Source: Adineta vaga | Lineage: Eukaryota > Animalia > Rotifera | Direction of reading: 5' to 3' | Length of the DNA stretch: 64,000 bases | Assembly (NCBI GenBank): GCA_021613535.1 | Contig: CP075494.1 | Span: 8,370,001-8,434,000 of the forward strand | In this document: piece by piece, positions 51,039 through 64,000 of the stretch | Layout of the letters: every line of letters begins with the position of its first letter | Position numbering within the stretch: the first letter of the stretch is position 1 | Notes under the pieces: model-generated | What the model was told of the DNA's origin: nothing | Database searches by the model: none | What the model saw: only the letters and a program-made list of their open reading frames with translations | Program-made: the position numbers and the translations under genes

Positions 51039-51434
51039 ATAGGTCAATGAGTATCAAAAACAGATCTAACGCGTGACGAAGTTGAATATTTATCGAAAGA
51101 AGAAATTATGCGGTAGTATGGACAATTTATGCATGATTTTCCAAATGGTAAATTTGGTTGTGATAAATCTCGACGAATAGATTTCATTGCGCATCATGTA
51201 TTCAATACATTTGATTTGGATGAATCGAGTTATTTATCATTTAGAGAACTTGTCATTAAGTTAGTTATATATATATATTTACATCATGCAGAGATTATCA
51301 ACGGATATTAAATTTTGCTTTTCAATTGTATGATACAAAAAATGTATGAATTACGTCGTTTAGAAAAGAAGAATTCGTTCTCGGATGTTTATTCAATCCA
51401 AAAAATTGTTCCTTTACTTGAACCATTTGTTTGA
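51039..51434 (+). pseudogene. Neuronal calcium sensor (NCS/recoverin/hippocalcin-like) pseudogene
   Basis: (ATA)GQ*VSKTDLTRDEVEYL..EEIMR*YGQFMHDFPNG...HVFNTFDLDESSYLSFREL; FAFQLYD; KEEFVLGC...IVPLLEP. Lost ATG, two stops, deletions and a frameshift. Confidence 0.78.
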
Positions 51435-51551
51435 ATAGAAAAAAAACGAAAATTTTTTTAAAATAAACACAGCAATAATACACAGGAGAAAGAAAAGAAA
51501 ACGTCTATTCACTGTTTCTACACGTAGACTATGACTATTATTCTAGTTGAA

Positions 51552-53169
51552 TCAAATAGTAAATGATTCATTGAGATTGAGTGTAATTGGAAGTATTTCA
51601 GGCATTACTGAATGATGAGTTATCAATGAGAGTAGTGTAGGAAATTGTTTAATTGTTCCTTTAATACGATAAGTAGGTGTTTGATCAGTAATCGTTTTTT
51701 CAATAAGATAATGAACTATATTAGATTCATGAGTAAATTTTGGAACTTTAATAGAAAGTGCATAACAATCTGCATGTGTTGTGCTATTGCGTAAGATAAA
51801 TGTACCATAATCAGCTTGTTGAAGTGCTTCACATACGGCTTCTCTGAAATAAAAATAATAAATGATCGTAGTCGCAAAAAATGTTCATGAAATACCTTTC
51901 TAAATATGGTTTATACCAACGAGATATAGCTGAGAAATCATCTGGTGGAATTGTAGGAAGTCTACGAAAGAAAAATGAAATCTATTAGCAATGAGACAAT
52001 TGTCTTCCTTGAAATTTATGCAAGGTAAATTTGTCATTATCCTTCGAATCGAACAAAACAAATTGCCGCAGAAAAGAGAGAAATTTAACATACCTTTTAA
52101 AACTTGTTCGTCTATTCTCTCTAAAGGCCTGTTGTCGATAATAGTATTCATCTTTATAATCATTGATTTTCATAATCGATCTCTTTGGCAGTGGTGGCGG
52201 TGGTAATAATGGTGGATGAATAGTCATAGTTGAATGATATTTTTGATGACATGTACATTGATTAATCATACCATTCTCAGTTTGATGTGAGTGTGTTAAT
52301 GTTTGACGAGATAAATAAGAACGTGATGTTGGAGAAGAAAATTTACGTTCTGATTGATTTGATAAACAAGTCGTTGATAATGATGATGATGGACGACAAG
52401 TACAAGTCAAACAACGAGTATTTATTGAATCATGTGTTGAAAGATTCACCGGTATCAATGTACATGAGATTAAATGTATAGGAACAAGTTTCGGAGTTGA
52501 AACTGGTATATCACTATAACCTGAATCAGTGGAAATTGATGAAACGTTTGTTGTACGACGTGGTATACGACGAGAAAAATGTCCTTGTTCTTGATTTTGA
52601 TCGCTATCACCATCATCATCATCATCATCATCATCGAAAAGATATTTAACACTATCTAATGGATCATCATCTTGTTTCGATGATTCATCCGTCACATCAT
52701 CATCAATATAATCAACAATCGAAAGAGATTTTTGAAATTCGGATGCAAATGATGTTGATGGTACACGTTTCTCTCGTTGACATACGTTTTGTAATGTTGA
52801 TGATGAAATATTGGGATCATGATAACGATAAATAACTTGTGATTTCTTCCAAGAATTTCGATGTAATTGTTCTGAATACGATGAATGTTCAGGATTTCGT
52901 CGAGTAATTGTATCAATCTAGAATGGTAGATAAAGAGAGAAAAACAAAATCAATTGGATTGCTTACTTTAGCTTTGATCTCTAATGGTGATAGATAACCA
53001 TCTTCATCAAAATTCTTCTGAGAATTATGTAATGACTTCGAAGAAGAAGAAGGAGAAGAATATTGCTTAGTTTCAGGCGAACTTCTCTGTGCTTCAGCAC
53101 ATGGTGCACGATTTTGTTCATTAGAATATGTATTCCGACGAGGTTTATGAAGAGTGATCAAACGTGTGC
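51552..53169 (-). CDS. Adaptor with low-complexity N-terminus and C-terminal tensin-like SH2 domain; probable additional upstream exon 53431-53225
   Basis: WYKPYLER|EAVCEALQQADYGTFILRNSTTHADCYALSIKV...IVHYLIE...KQFPTLLSLITHHSVMPEILPITL is an SH2 domain; upstream exons splice in frame back to 53169. Confidence 0.83.
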
Positions 53170-55719
53170 CTAGAAAATAAAATAAAATTCAAATAAAAAA
53201 TTGCGTTCTTTTAAAATTCTTTACCCAATCTCGGCTCTTCTCTAATAAACTAATACGTCTTTTAACTGAACGTGTAGAACTTGGTAGGAGAAGTTTATCA
53301 TGTGTATCAAATATTTTCGCTTCTTTATCATTAAGAAGCAAAGAATTTTGTTGCTGTTGGTGGTGATGGTGATGATGGTGATGTTGTTGTGATAATCGAG
53401 TAGGAATGGAAAAATTATTTGAATAAATCATTGATAAATATAGACGATCAAGGAATATTAAAAGTGTTCCTTCTCCTAATGTTGCTCGTCTTAGTTAGTG
53501 TTGTCTGAATTCGTAAAAAAAAAAGAAGAAATGATGATGTTTTGCATAAATCATTCAATGACATTGAGATACCATCATCTGCAAAAGAAAAAAAAATAGA
53601 AAACAACAAATGAAAATGAATTTTTATGGTCCTCAAAATTGTTGACAATATATCATGATCAATATCATTGCTATTTGTTAGCAACCCTGCATTGATATAA
53701 ATGCATATAATTATCCAACGAGATCAATAGATAGATCATGCTGAATGTTACTGAACGATTATCATATGATGTAAGAATTCTTTACTTTTACTCGAAGAGA
53801 AAATGAAACATGCAGAGAACATACATGGTAAAAACGAAGCGCACACGACAGGCGGCAACCTTCATTCAAGGACAATAAAAATAAACGTGCCAATCGGTGT
53901 TGATCGATATAGTCCCGCAAAGAGACAGTTGCGAAGAAGTGTTAATGTACTTTTGAGAGATATGTTCTAGGAAATGACGCCAAATTTGTCAATTAATATT
54001 TGGACATCAGAAAGGTCATCAGTCGCCAAAATTATCATCAACAATGAAAAGAAAAAGAGAAAGTCGATTGATAATGAACATTCTCTATTCACATTAGAGT
54101 CATTTCTTGGTTAACCTTTTGCACCTCAATAGAAATCAGACTACTCGAAAAGAATACAACCTACGACTAGTAATTGTGTTAATAATAAACATAACAATGA
54201 AAGAAAGAGATTTGTCTCGCCGTCTCGAAAGATAAAAATGAAGAAAAGCAAAGTGAGAAATAAACATTGACATTTTTTCTAAATGAATAAAAAACCTTGG
54301 ACATTTGAATAAATTAATATCTATGACAGTAGTGAATTTCGAGAGAATTTATAAATGGATTAAAGATATGTTGTTCAGAAGAAAAAAAGAAAGATTTTCA
54401 AGTACTTTCACTTTTCTTCAATGTGCTTTTTTAGAAAGTAAATGTCCTTGTAAGCCGTAAAAAAAAGTGAATAGGTGCAATTGAATTATTCTATTAACGT
54501 ATGTTAATTTACGTTATTAGAAAAAGAACAAAAATGGTCGAGTATTTAAACAATATCAAGAAAGATGATAGTAGAGAAGAAGAAAAAAAGACAACAGAAA
54601 GTACATTAAATGATATACTATCGTCAATAATCATCGATCAGTACATGTATGTCTGTATTCACATAGAGATCAATCATATTGGTCACAATCTATACATATC
54701 GTCGAGGTGAAGAGACAAAGATACAACGAAAATGACGAAGACAAAAAGAGAAAAGCGTGTCCCCGAAAGGCGATGATCAACAAGTACTATTTGTTGCAAT
54801 GAGATAGGGATAGATAGTGATGTAAGTATGAACGAAAGAATGTTCAAGCATATGCTTACATATTCAACTCATCATGTTCAATATGTATCATGAGAAATAA
54901 ATGGTTACTATGTGCAGAAAAGAACAATATTCAACGACGCGTCGTTTTTCTATTAGTAGGTTTCATCGATAGAGCAGTTCAATTACCTGACAATACAATT
55001 CGATGACGGATTCTTATGTATGTGTGTTTACTATAGGAATGAAAAGACTATTGGTCAACATAATTTTCTAGTTAGATCATCATATCCTATGTGTATTGAT
55101 AATGTCCTCTGTTCTTCTTCTTCTTCTTCTTCTTCTTTTTCTCATCCAATTCGTCTGTTTTCAATACTCACCGGTTATTAATATTAAAAAAAAGAATAAG
55201 TATAAAGTGAATAAAAATATAATTTATCGTTTAAGAATAAATAATTGATTACACAGAACATGATACATTCTTGTATAACCAACGTTCATTTGTTCTTCAA
55301 GGGATGAAAATTGATAAGACTAGTTCTTTCACAGCGAAGTGATAGATAATGATTAACGAGAATGAACGATTTATGTTTGTCGGTAAAAAAAGACTTGAGT
55401 AGCCTTTGATGCAAAATTCTCTCATGACAAGAAGTATGGTGGGATGATCGTTGTTTTTTCTTCCTTTCTTTCCTCTAAGCTTTATATAATCAAATGAGGA
55501 GAAGAAGAAGAAGAAGACAAAAAAAGAACAAATTATGACTGGACATCATGCAATTTGTATACCTTATGGTCAGCGAAAAGGAAATAGAGAAAAGATGGCT
55601 CGAAGATATATTCAACAAGACACTTATTTTCGCTTCTTATTGTTTCTCTTCAATTGCTAAGAGGCAAACAGACGTTTACTACATAGTTAAAATCATTACA
55701 ATTGATCTATCATTATCTA

Positions 55720-55758
55720 AATAGATAGATAGATAGATACATATATATATATATATAT
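55720..55758. repeat. Compound (ATAG)n/(AT)n microsatellite
   Basis: Direct reading. Confidence 0.8.
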
Positions 55759-57370
55759 GAAACAATATGCTCTCGCTCCATGTTACACACGTAATCGATA
55801 TTACAAATAGAAACAAGCAAATATCTTCATATATGCATATCTATAGAAACTAATTGTAAGATTATTATTACTATATGACCGATATATAAATCAGTCGATA
55901 ACGTGTGTACATGTAATTTTTTCATATTTGCATGGTCCATAACTAGACACTTGAATGAACATCTTTTCTCTCTCTGTCTCTCTCGCTCTCTTTCCTTTTT
56001 CTACACAAATGAATTGATCAATAAATATGTTAGACAATTGCATATATATAAAACGATAAATACTATGGAGTTATTCTATTGCTTAACTAACTAATTAATA
56101 ATCTGAATATATAGATGCATAGAAGCTATTTCTCTATTATTTATAAACAAGAACTCAAGAAAATAAGACCAAAAGAACTATATAAGAAAATCGTGAATGA
56201 GTAAATCGTATAGATACGTAATTAGCCTTGGTAATAGTAATTGTAATAGTGAGAAGGTCGATAGATGCCTACACCATATTCTACCTAATGATGTCTGTCA
56301 GGCGTAGGAGAAGAAAAAACGAAGTGTCAATAATAACATTGATGGTCTAGTATGTTATTTCAATTGTACATATATATATATATATATACGTATCTACATA
56401 CTTGACTTCATAGTCTTGGTTTAAGTCGTTCGTAGACAAGTATCGTTAATATTAAGAAAAGAAAAATCAATCATGATTGATCGATTTGAACCGTTTTTCG
56501 TCGTATATCGACTGTATCAAAAGCAAAAGAAATGAGACATACGCATTTAATCAAGGTGTGATCTTAACATCATTTGACAGATGCAACTTCATAAACAAAG
56601 CTTTCTTTTTTTTTCTTCTTGTTCTTGTTCTTCTTTCTTTTGGGAGGGACGAAAGAAGCTTCTAATTAAAGTTTGATATGTCCATGGATATTGACATGAT
56701 GATGATCGTCTATGAAATTCAATTGATTGATACTTCAATAATCAATGACAGAAGAGTCTATTTAATTGAATTCATTATTCTTCATTATTAATTAATGGTA
56801 ATATCATATAGTCTTCGAATGAGAGAGAAAAAGAAACACAATTTGCAAGAAATGATAAAGTGATAATACAAATGTTTATGCTTATCGTTACTTAATAATG
56901 GTCATTATTTAGCCGTTTACAATGACATATACGTATGATATATGTTACTTTACATATGCGAGATGTCAAACATTTCTACTAATGTTCAAACAGATTGTAA
57001 TGATTTTTCAATGAAATTTGTCTTGACAAAGTTCATCACATCGTTATTTATCTTCAATATTGAGATGAGAAATATTAATTACTGTTTATCAACGATATTT
57101 ACAGATCAATTCTTATATAATCTCCTTCGAAGTTATGCATATTTTCCTTAGCAAACATTCGTTTTAATTTTGATGAGATGAACAGAATGTCTAGTCGATC
57201 ATAGACTTATTCTTAATCCTTTCATATCACTTGATATAACAGATCAGATGTCAAAAAAAACATACAATACAACTTTATTAAGAACTGATAACATCGTATT
57301 AGAACGATTAAACATATGAGAGGACTATAACGACAAACAATGAGAAGAAATCATTTTTTGTTTTGATAAA

Positions 57371-58585
57371 TTAAACATTTGTTTGTTTTGAATGTCGGGG
57401 AGTTGGAGTCGATGTGTGTATTTGTTTAACTGAAGGCAACTTATAATGTTTATTACAGAGAATATATCGATGGTAGAAAATTTTCAATTGTATTGAATAT
57501 TGATTGAAAACTTCGATTGTTGCTTGACGAAAACGTTGACCAGTAAAACAATAAAATATAAAATTTGTCTAAAAAAAAAGAATTTCAAATATTTTCTTGT
57601 TTATGTTTGTTTAACTTACAGCATTATGTAATTGTAATAGAAGAACAGATGTTTGCGAGAAAAGAACAGCACGTTTAAGTTTATCTATTTCACGATGTTT
57701 TGGTGGTGAATATTCAGCTATGTAAATAATAAGAGCAGGTGTTGTGAATAAATAAAAAGCGAAGTTCACTGTAACAAGCATAATAGTTAATTGTCGTTGT
57801 TTACGATTTGAATGAACATCTGAAATACGTAATTCCGATGTTTCATCATTTGATAGACGTTTATGTTGTTTTCGTCGTTGAAATAAACAATAAACCGTAA
57901 ATAAATTCGATAATAGAAGAAGATCAGGTATACCATAGAAAACAATCGGTTGATAGACACGATGTACAAGACCATATTGTGGACGGATAACACATTTTTT
58001 TCGATGAGAATTTTCATCGGTATGATAGATTATTGGAAATGTCGAAGAAAATAAGAGAATAGCAACAGATAGAAGAATATATACAGAATAACGTGCTGAA
58101 TGTATTGTACAAAAACGTTTGGCAAGAAATGGCGAAGCAACAGCAACACAACGTTCTAAAATGAAGAAAATAAAGAAGTTTTTCTTATTTTAAACTTTTC
58201 GTTTCAAGGATAAAAGTTTACCTAATGTTATGATAACTAAAACCCAATTGGCACAGAAAGTAAATAAATCTGTTAAATATGTTAATGAACAATGAAGAAA
58301 TAGATTTCGACGTGGACGTCCTAAATTTGCAGCATGTAAAAGTAAAATTGCACTATCAAATATCGCCATATAAGTTATATAAACAGCTGATGTAGTATTT
58401 CGTAAAGCTTTTCTATTGATAACGATTAATGTTAAAATATTACCAAATAAACCACTTATGGACACAAATGATTGAACGAATGCAAGAATAAAATTAATCT
58501 TTGCAACATATTGATTAATTTCTCTACGAACAAAATAATCCGATGGATAAATCCATGTTGTGTTATTACCGATTGATGTTGACAT
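57371..58585 (-). CDS. Class A GPCR, peptide-receptor-like (3 exons)
   Basis: GLFGNILT, YITYMAIFD, TL|ERCVAVASPF, FYLFTTPA, HNA|TNFIFYCFTGQRFR. Confidence 0.9.
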
Positions 58586-61059
58586 CTTATCTAAATATAG
58601 TTTAAATTTTGAAAGAGTAACAGTTAGTTAAGCAATGATTTATTTACTATTCTATGCATGTAAGAAAGATGAATAACTTTATTAACTATCCTATTCTTTA
58701 GTAATATAAACGATCTATTATTCTCAAAAGAATATTCTTTGATAGAATGTGCTGTAATGACACGTTCTATCTTTTCTATTTCAAGCTCGAGGATATATAG
58801 TATTATTTCTCATCTAACAAACTATTAACAACAGATCACGATTGTCTATTAGTAAAACATCAACGAGCAAAGTCCAATGGAAATTCTATAAATAGATTGT
58901 ATCAATTTCTCTATATGGATTTTATGAATAGGAACTCATCTGTAAAGAGAGAAAAAACCACACGGAAACTTCGAGAATTATCAATAATGACATGTGATAT
59001 AAAAAGAAAAAATAATCAGAAGTTTTCTCTTTATGTCAATCTATATTTATTGTTACTCGATCACCGAACTGTTTTCTTTGAAATTATAAACCTTGAAGTT
59101 AAGAACGAACGAATATGTAACACCCATTTCCGTATATAATTCAATGTGAACGAGTACGCAACTAACTATTAATATCGAATAATAATCTTTAGAGATATTC
59201 GTTCAACTCTGATATTGGTAAGTATAGAAGAAAAACAAAGAAAGGTTCGTTTTGAGAATGTCAATAATTGAACTAATTCAAAATCTTATCTTTTGTTCTT
59301 ACCTATTTTCCTTGAATAATAGTATTGTTCACCGAAGACGATGTTGTAATTATTTCCTTGGAATAAAAAAAAGCAAACTTTCACTTATATATAGATAGTG
59401 AATAATGACTAATGAGAAAAGAGTCATATCTAATTGTCATGACTAAGCCATCAAAAAAAGTCAATTAATTATTCTTTCTTTACATTAATACATTAGAACT
59501 TAATCATAAAGAGGAGATAGTCTGCTAGAAATCTGTAGATGACAAAAAGAATACTCGTTTTTCTCTTCATGAACGTTTCTCTTGAGAATAGGACTTTTTT
59601 TTCTATACTTCTAATGATCCTTATCTTACATTCGAAATTAAGGCAATTCTTATTACATATCCAAACTTTGGAGTCATTTACTCTCGAGGGTGTTTTCCTG
59701 TATTTTGAAGATTTGTTTTTTCATATATGATAATAGTCTTACTTTCTCATCTATGTTAAAAGATGTAATCATGATAAACATATTTAAAGAATCTGTTATG
59801 ATCACAAATATATGAAGAGAGACGAACGTTTCTGTCTAAGGATAAGACATATTTGTATAGTGAACAAAATCATAACCTGATAATCGAATTATTTTCGATG
59901 GAAACACATTCTTGTTCTACTATTCTATCTCATTTTAATACACAATTCGATAATGCAACTATAATACGCATTATCGATTAGTTTTTCCTAGAAGAAATTG
60001 TCAAAAACAGAAACGGACACATTTGCATTTTAAGTATATATTGAACATAATCACCCACGTCTGTTGTTGATCTATAGAAATTGGTTTAGAAAGAATAGAC
60101 GGAAAACATGAGTCACAAAATATGACAAATAAAATCTTATCAAAAACATACTCTATAGAAGAAGATAATGAGTTATATGTATTGTCAGTTTTTTCAAAAG
60201 TTAATTGAACAGATATATTCAAACAAGAATGGCATGATCTATGAAAAAGAATATATACCATTTAGATTATATACAGAAATCGATTGACGAAGTGCGAGAA
60301 CTCAGTCTCAAGTTCGAACATAATTCAACAAAAATACATTAGAAAAAAAAACAGTATATGTCAATAAGCACTTGCCATATGCAGTCTTACGAAAAAGAGA
60401 AGAATATTAAACTAAAAATAATGTCTTTACGCGATTTTTATAGATGCCATATCGAATTTTTTATGACATATATATATATACCCTTTCTAAATCGATGACT
60501 AATCATTAATGACAGAATATATTTCGAGACATCAGTTCTAATTTATACAAGATCTTTCGGTTTGCAATGCATAAAAAAATAGACGAAAAATTGATCGTAT
60601 TTCCTAATATGAATATACTGCAAGAATTCTCATCCCAGATACCTATACCTTTTCTCTACTTGTGATGACAGACATCTTCAAACACTAAGATAGATAGTCT
60701 GTAATTTAACAGAAGCTTTTCATTTAATTTCCTTTCGGTTTTTATGAAAAGAAAAGTACCTTGTTTAGTTGTTTGACAAGAACAAATAACAAGAATTCTC
60801 CTACCTAGTTGCCTTTTGTAAATGATACGTGTTCATTTTTCTACTTTGACAAGAAGACAGAATTGTGAAAGAAAGACTATTTCTATTTGATAGACATCAT
60901 ACAAAATCATAGATTTGTTCATCTATTATTTTATTCTTGTCAAATTAGATTGGAAATAATATAATTTTACGTTCTGTTCATTGTGAGTTCGACTAGCCGA
61001 GAAAGAGCATATTCGTTTTTTGGAACGTATAACTATATAAAAAAAACGTCAATCAAACA

Positions 61060-61133
61060 GCTCTTGTGGCGCAATTGGTTAGCGCGTTCGGCTGTTAACC
61101 GGAAGGCTGGTGGTTCGAGCCCACCCAGGAGCG
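61060..61133 (+). tRNA. tRNA-Asn (GTT)
   Basis: Acceptor GCTCTTG/CAGGAGC, D-arm GCGC..GCGC, anticodon arm TTCGG-CTGTTAA-CCGGA, T-loop GGTTCGAGCC, discriminator G; TTTTT Pol III terminator at 61138. Confidence 0.97.
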
Positions 61134-61438
61134 TAACTTTTTCGTTTTTTTTTAATATAAGATAGATTGTTAGTTATCTACTCAAATGTAGTTTTTATCC
61201 ATTTTTCTAAATTACAATTCTCAAATAGATTGATTTTTATATGATCATTGATGATATGCCGGTTTGTTTTCAAAGATTCTTATGTATTATTAAAGAATAT
61301 AAAGTATTTTCTTTGTGCAAATCACTAAGACAAAAGCACTACACTACGGGGAGAGAAGCAATAGTCAATGTATTCATCGATGCATATCGACGTGGCGAAT
61401 AGTTTATTAAAATAGGTGATAATTGTGAATTTTTGTCT

Positions 61439-62398
61439 TTACATTACAGCGGTTCGTAAATAAGGAGTTTTAACAGAAATTACATTTACTCTTGTTGTTG
61501 TGGGTTGAATTCGTCCTGTATTTGAGGCATGCTGTAAAACTTCTATTTTCACGCACCGCCATATTTTCTGCCATGCTTGCCAGAAACGAACATCCAATGC
61601 GGCAATGATTATAGGATCCAGGGTAACTTCAATGAAATTCAGTAGACGAAAAGTGCTCGTTAAGTCTCCACCACCTGATATTTGATATAAGACGACGTTT
61701 GGTGTCCATAACGAAACCCAAATGATATAAAATAGGAGAAATTGAATTACTAATGATCGATTGTATTTTTCACGAGCAGAAACATGCGTTGCTTTTTGTA
61801 ATGTTGATGCCAAACGAACATGACGAGCACTGATGTAGATAACAATGACATTCAGCAAGATGGGAAGAGCATATGCAGTAGCGATATTGAATATTTGAAC
61901 GTATAGATTGGTATATGTGACTTGGCATGAATCTCCATTAATTATGACTAGCTGTGCCCATCCAAAAACAAATTGTATAACCATAGAAAGCAAACTTAAA
62001 AAATAGATGGATAAGTGAGTAATAAGCAATGCTTTCTTGTGGACTTGATAAACATTTATATTGTGAGCTATTTGTACATAACGACAGATGTTCAATGGCA
62101 AAAGAATGTACACTTTGAGAATGTTGAAATAATTATCAACGGTTGCTTCAAAATAACATACAAACAGGATCCACGTCGGATCTGGATAACAGTCTCTACT
62201 CGTTGTACGAACAATATAAGTAAAGAAGAATCGAAAAAGTAGAAGAATATCGGTGATGAGATAAGCATAGATCCATTGCATTGACTTTTGTCGAACCGAA
62301 GAACAAAATGCAAGCTGAAACCAAAATACCGTATGCAGGAATACTGCTACTATGCAAACACACAACCGTGATGCACGACTGTCGATATTCGTGTCCAT
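61439..62398 (-). CDS. Divergent 7TM GPCR-like protein, copy 1 (likely start MDTNIDS at 62398)
   Basis: 7 hydrophobic segments, LNICRY (DRY-like), LWTPN (TM6), LDPIIIAALDVRF (TM7). Confidence 0.82.
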   Translation of the reverse strand: MDTNIDSRASRLCVCIVAVFLHTVFWFQLAFCSSVRQKSMQWIYAYLITDILLLFRFFFTYIVRTTSRDCYPDPTWILFVCYFEATVDNYFNILKVYILLPLNICRYVQIAHNINVYQVHKKALLITHLSIYFLSLLSMVIQFVFGWAQLVIINGDSCQVTYTNLYVQIFNIATAYALPILLNVIVIYISARHVRLASTLQKATHVSAREKYNRSLVIQFLLFYIIWVSLWTPNVVLYQISGGGDLTSTFRLLNFIEVTLDPIIIAALDVRFWQAWQKIWRCVKIEVLQHASNTGRIQPTTTRVNVISVKTPYLRTAVM

Positions 62399-63264
62399 AG
62401 AAGTGGTGCCGGACAAGTGTTGTTTGTATTGTTGAATATTATTGATTGAGTTATAAGTATATTCATCACTAATACTATGTTTCAATATGAAAGTAGTCTT
62501 GTAAGAATAGACCATATATGAGTATTTATTGTATGTTGTTACTGGAGTAAGGAAATAATTAAATGATGATGGAGTATCATTCAATAATTGAAAATACACA
62601 TGTAAACAGAAAAAGATTGACGTAGTATTTTCTATATCTAGATTTCGTTTATAAATAATTACTAGAGTCATATTCATCATGGCATATTGAAGAGAACTAT
62701 TTTATGAAAGAGTGTAAAATATGGTTATTTGTTGTGTTGTGTGGTGTGATAAAAATGAATCAGAGAATTGCGCGACAAATATAAATTATCGATTTTTTAA
62801 ATGCGTACTACTTATGATGTGATCAACACTATTAATGTATTTGATATAACAATGACGTTAAACATGATATTGATCAGTATCACTATGACATCATCATTCA
62901 TATTAAACGTGTATAAGAAGCACTAAATGGAATTCGAATGTGTGTACGAGGTGGAAGTACAACCTAGTGGTAAGTATAGTTCGTCTTCATGGAAAAATGT
63001 TGATTTATCTGTTTACTTCGAAATATGATCATCATAAATCATAATCAACAATACATACGAGTTATTCATTATCTAAAATTGTAATTCTTACTTGCATGTG
63101 ACTTTTCATTTCTTTACTCAAATACTAAATGATGAGAGACTCTAGATAAGCATAGTGTTTGTTTATTAGAATTAAATATAGATATTACGGGATACCAGAA
63201 TATTAGTCAATCTAGTTTTGGAACTGAAAGGTATTGCAGAAAAATGACATGAAGAAAAACTAGT

Positions 63265-64000
63265 TCAAAGTGCTGTTGTTCGTGGTTGTGTTGTTTTAAT
63301 CGAAAATACATTTACTCTTGTTGTTGTGGGTAAGACTCGTCCTGTAGTTGAGCCATGCTGCAAAACTTCTATTTTCACGCACCTCCATATTTTCTGCCAT
63401 GCTTGCCAAAAACGTACGTCCAATGCAGCAATAATTATTGGATCCAAAGCTATTTCAATGAAATTTAACAGACGAAAAGTGCCCGTTAAGTTTCCACCAC
63501 CAGATATTTGATACAGAATAACGTTCGGTGCCCAAAGTGCCACCCAAACGGTATAAAACAGGAGAAATTGAATTACTAATGATCGATTGTATTTTTCACG
63601 AGCAGAAACATGCGTTGCTTTTTGTAGTGTTGATGCCAAACGAACATGACGAGCACTCATATAGATAACAATGACGTTAAGAAAGATTGGAATAGCAAAT
63701 GCAGTAGCGATATTGAATATTTGAATGTATAGATTAGTATATGTTACTTGACATGAATCTCGATAGTAAATAGTTAACTGTGACCATTCTAATATAAATT
63801 GTAGGACCAAAGAAATTGCTGTTGACACATATATAGTGATATGAGTGATAGCCAATAATTTTTTATGAACTTGATAAACATTTATATTGTGAGCTATTTG
63901 TACATAACGACAAATGTTGAGTACGAGAAGAATATAAACTTCAAGAACATTGAGATAATTATCCACTGTTGCTTCGACATAGCATACAAAGTAAAACCAT
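63265..64000 (-). CDS. Divergent 7TM GPCR-like protein, copy 2 (5' end outside the window)
   Basis: Close paralog of 61439-62398; the frame stays open to the window edge. Confidence 0.85.
   Translation of the reverse strand, partial: WFYFVCYVEATVDNYLNVLEVYILLVLNICRYVQIAHNINVYQVHKKLLAITHITIYVSTAISLVLQFILEWSQLTIYYRDSCQVTYTNLYIQIFNIATAFAIPIFLNVIVIYMSARHVRLASTLQKATHVSAREKYNRSLVIQFLLFYTVWVALWAPNVILYQISGGGNLTGTFRLLNFIEIALDPIIIAALDVRFWQAWQKIWRCVKIEVLQHGSTTGRVLPTTTRVNVFSIKTTQPRTTAL

Noticed and set aside
53970-54030. Hammerhead ribozyme core (CTGATGA on the minus strand; also near 6275)
   Set aside because: No pairable stem II followed by GAAA, and no stems I/III.
53700-57300. Short ORFs in the long intergenic region (also 1-1900, 41500-45700 and 58700-61000)
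   Set aside because: No motifs, no consistent splice structure, and microsatellite/purine-tract composition; treated as regulatory or intergenic DNA.
62399-62680. 94-aa N-terminal extension of the 7TM ORF
   Set aside because: AT-rich, non-coding-like composition with a TATA-like element near 62452; the downstream ATG 62398 is more plausible.
1-64000. Prokaryotic systems (CRISPR array, defence island, phage, bacterial operon)
   Set aside because: Spliceosomal introns throughout and metazoan genes; no repeat-spacer array seen.

Overview
Eukaryotic, AT-rich (roughly 30% GC by eye), gene-dense animal DNA with many 45-65 bp GT-AG introns. The gene repertoire (NHL-repeat protein, F-box relic, ARM-TIR-SAM proteins, lineage-type 7TM receptors, candidate non-metazoan genes) suggests a bdelloid rotifer; this is an inference. 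About 27 genes were reconstructed by hand: PEMT, RNASEK, an opsin, ANAPC15, TSEN54, FAAH, two ABCG, two ETS, a SWIM-RING protein, a C8orf33 homolog, a HAUS4-like gene, an SH2 adaptor, four GPCRs and others. There are also a tRNA-Asn, two pseudogenes and a nested MITE. The main observations are five. (1) Two divergently oriented SHARPIN/HOIL-1-like genes (PH-like + LUBAC-tethering motif + UBL, without NZF/RBR) are invisible in the ORF track. (2) Two tight co-oriented gene runs have orphan splice acceptors at the ATG, as expected for SL-trans-spliced operons. (3) A calcineurin-B-like/death-domain fusion lies tail-to-tail with two ARM-TIR-SAM genes that keep the NADase Glu. (4) The opsin has a vertebrate-type Glu113. 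(5) Three tandem paralog pairs show patchy gene conversion. Family assignments rest on remembered motifs; no database search was run.
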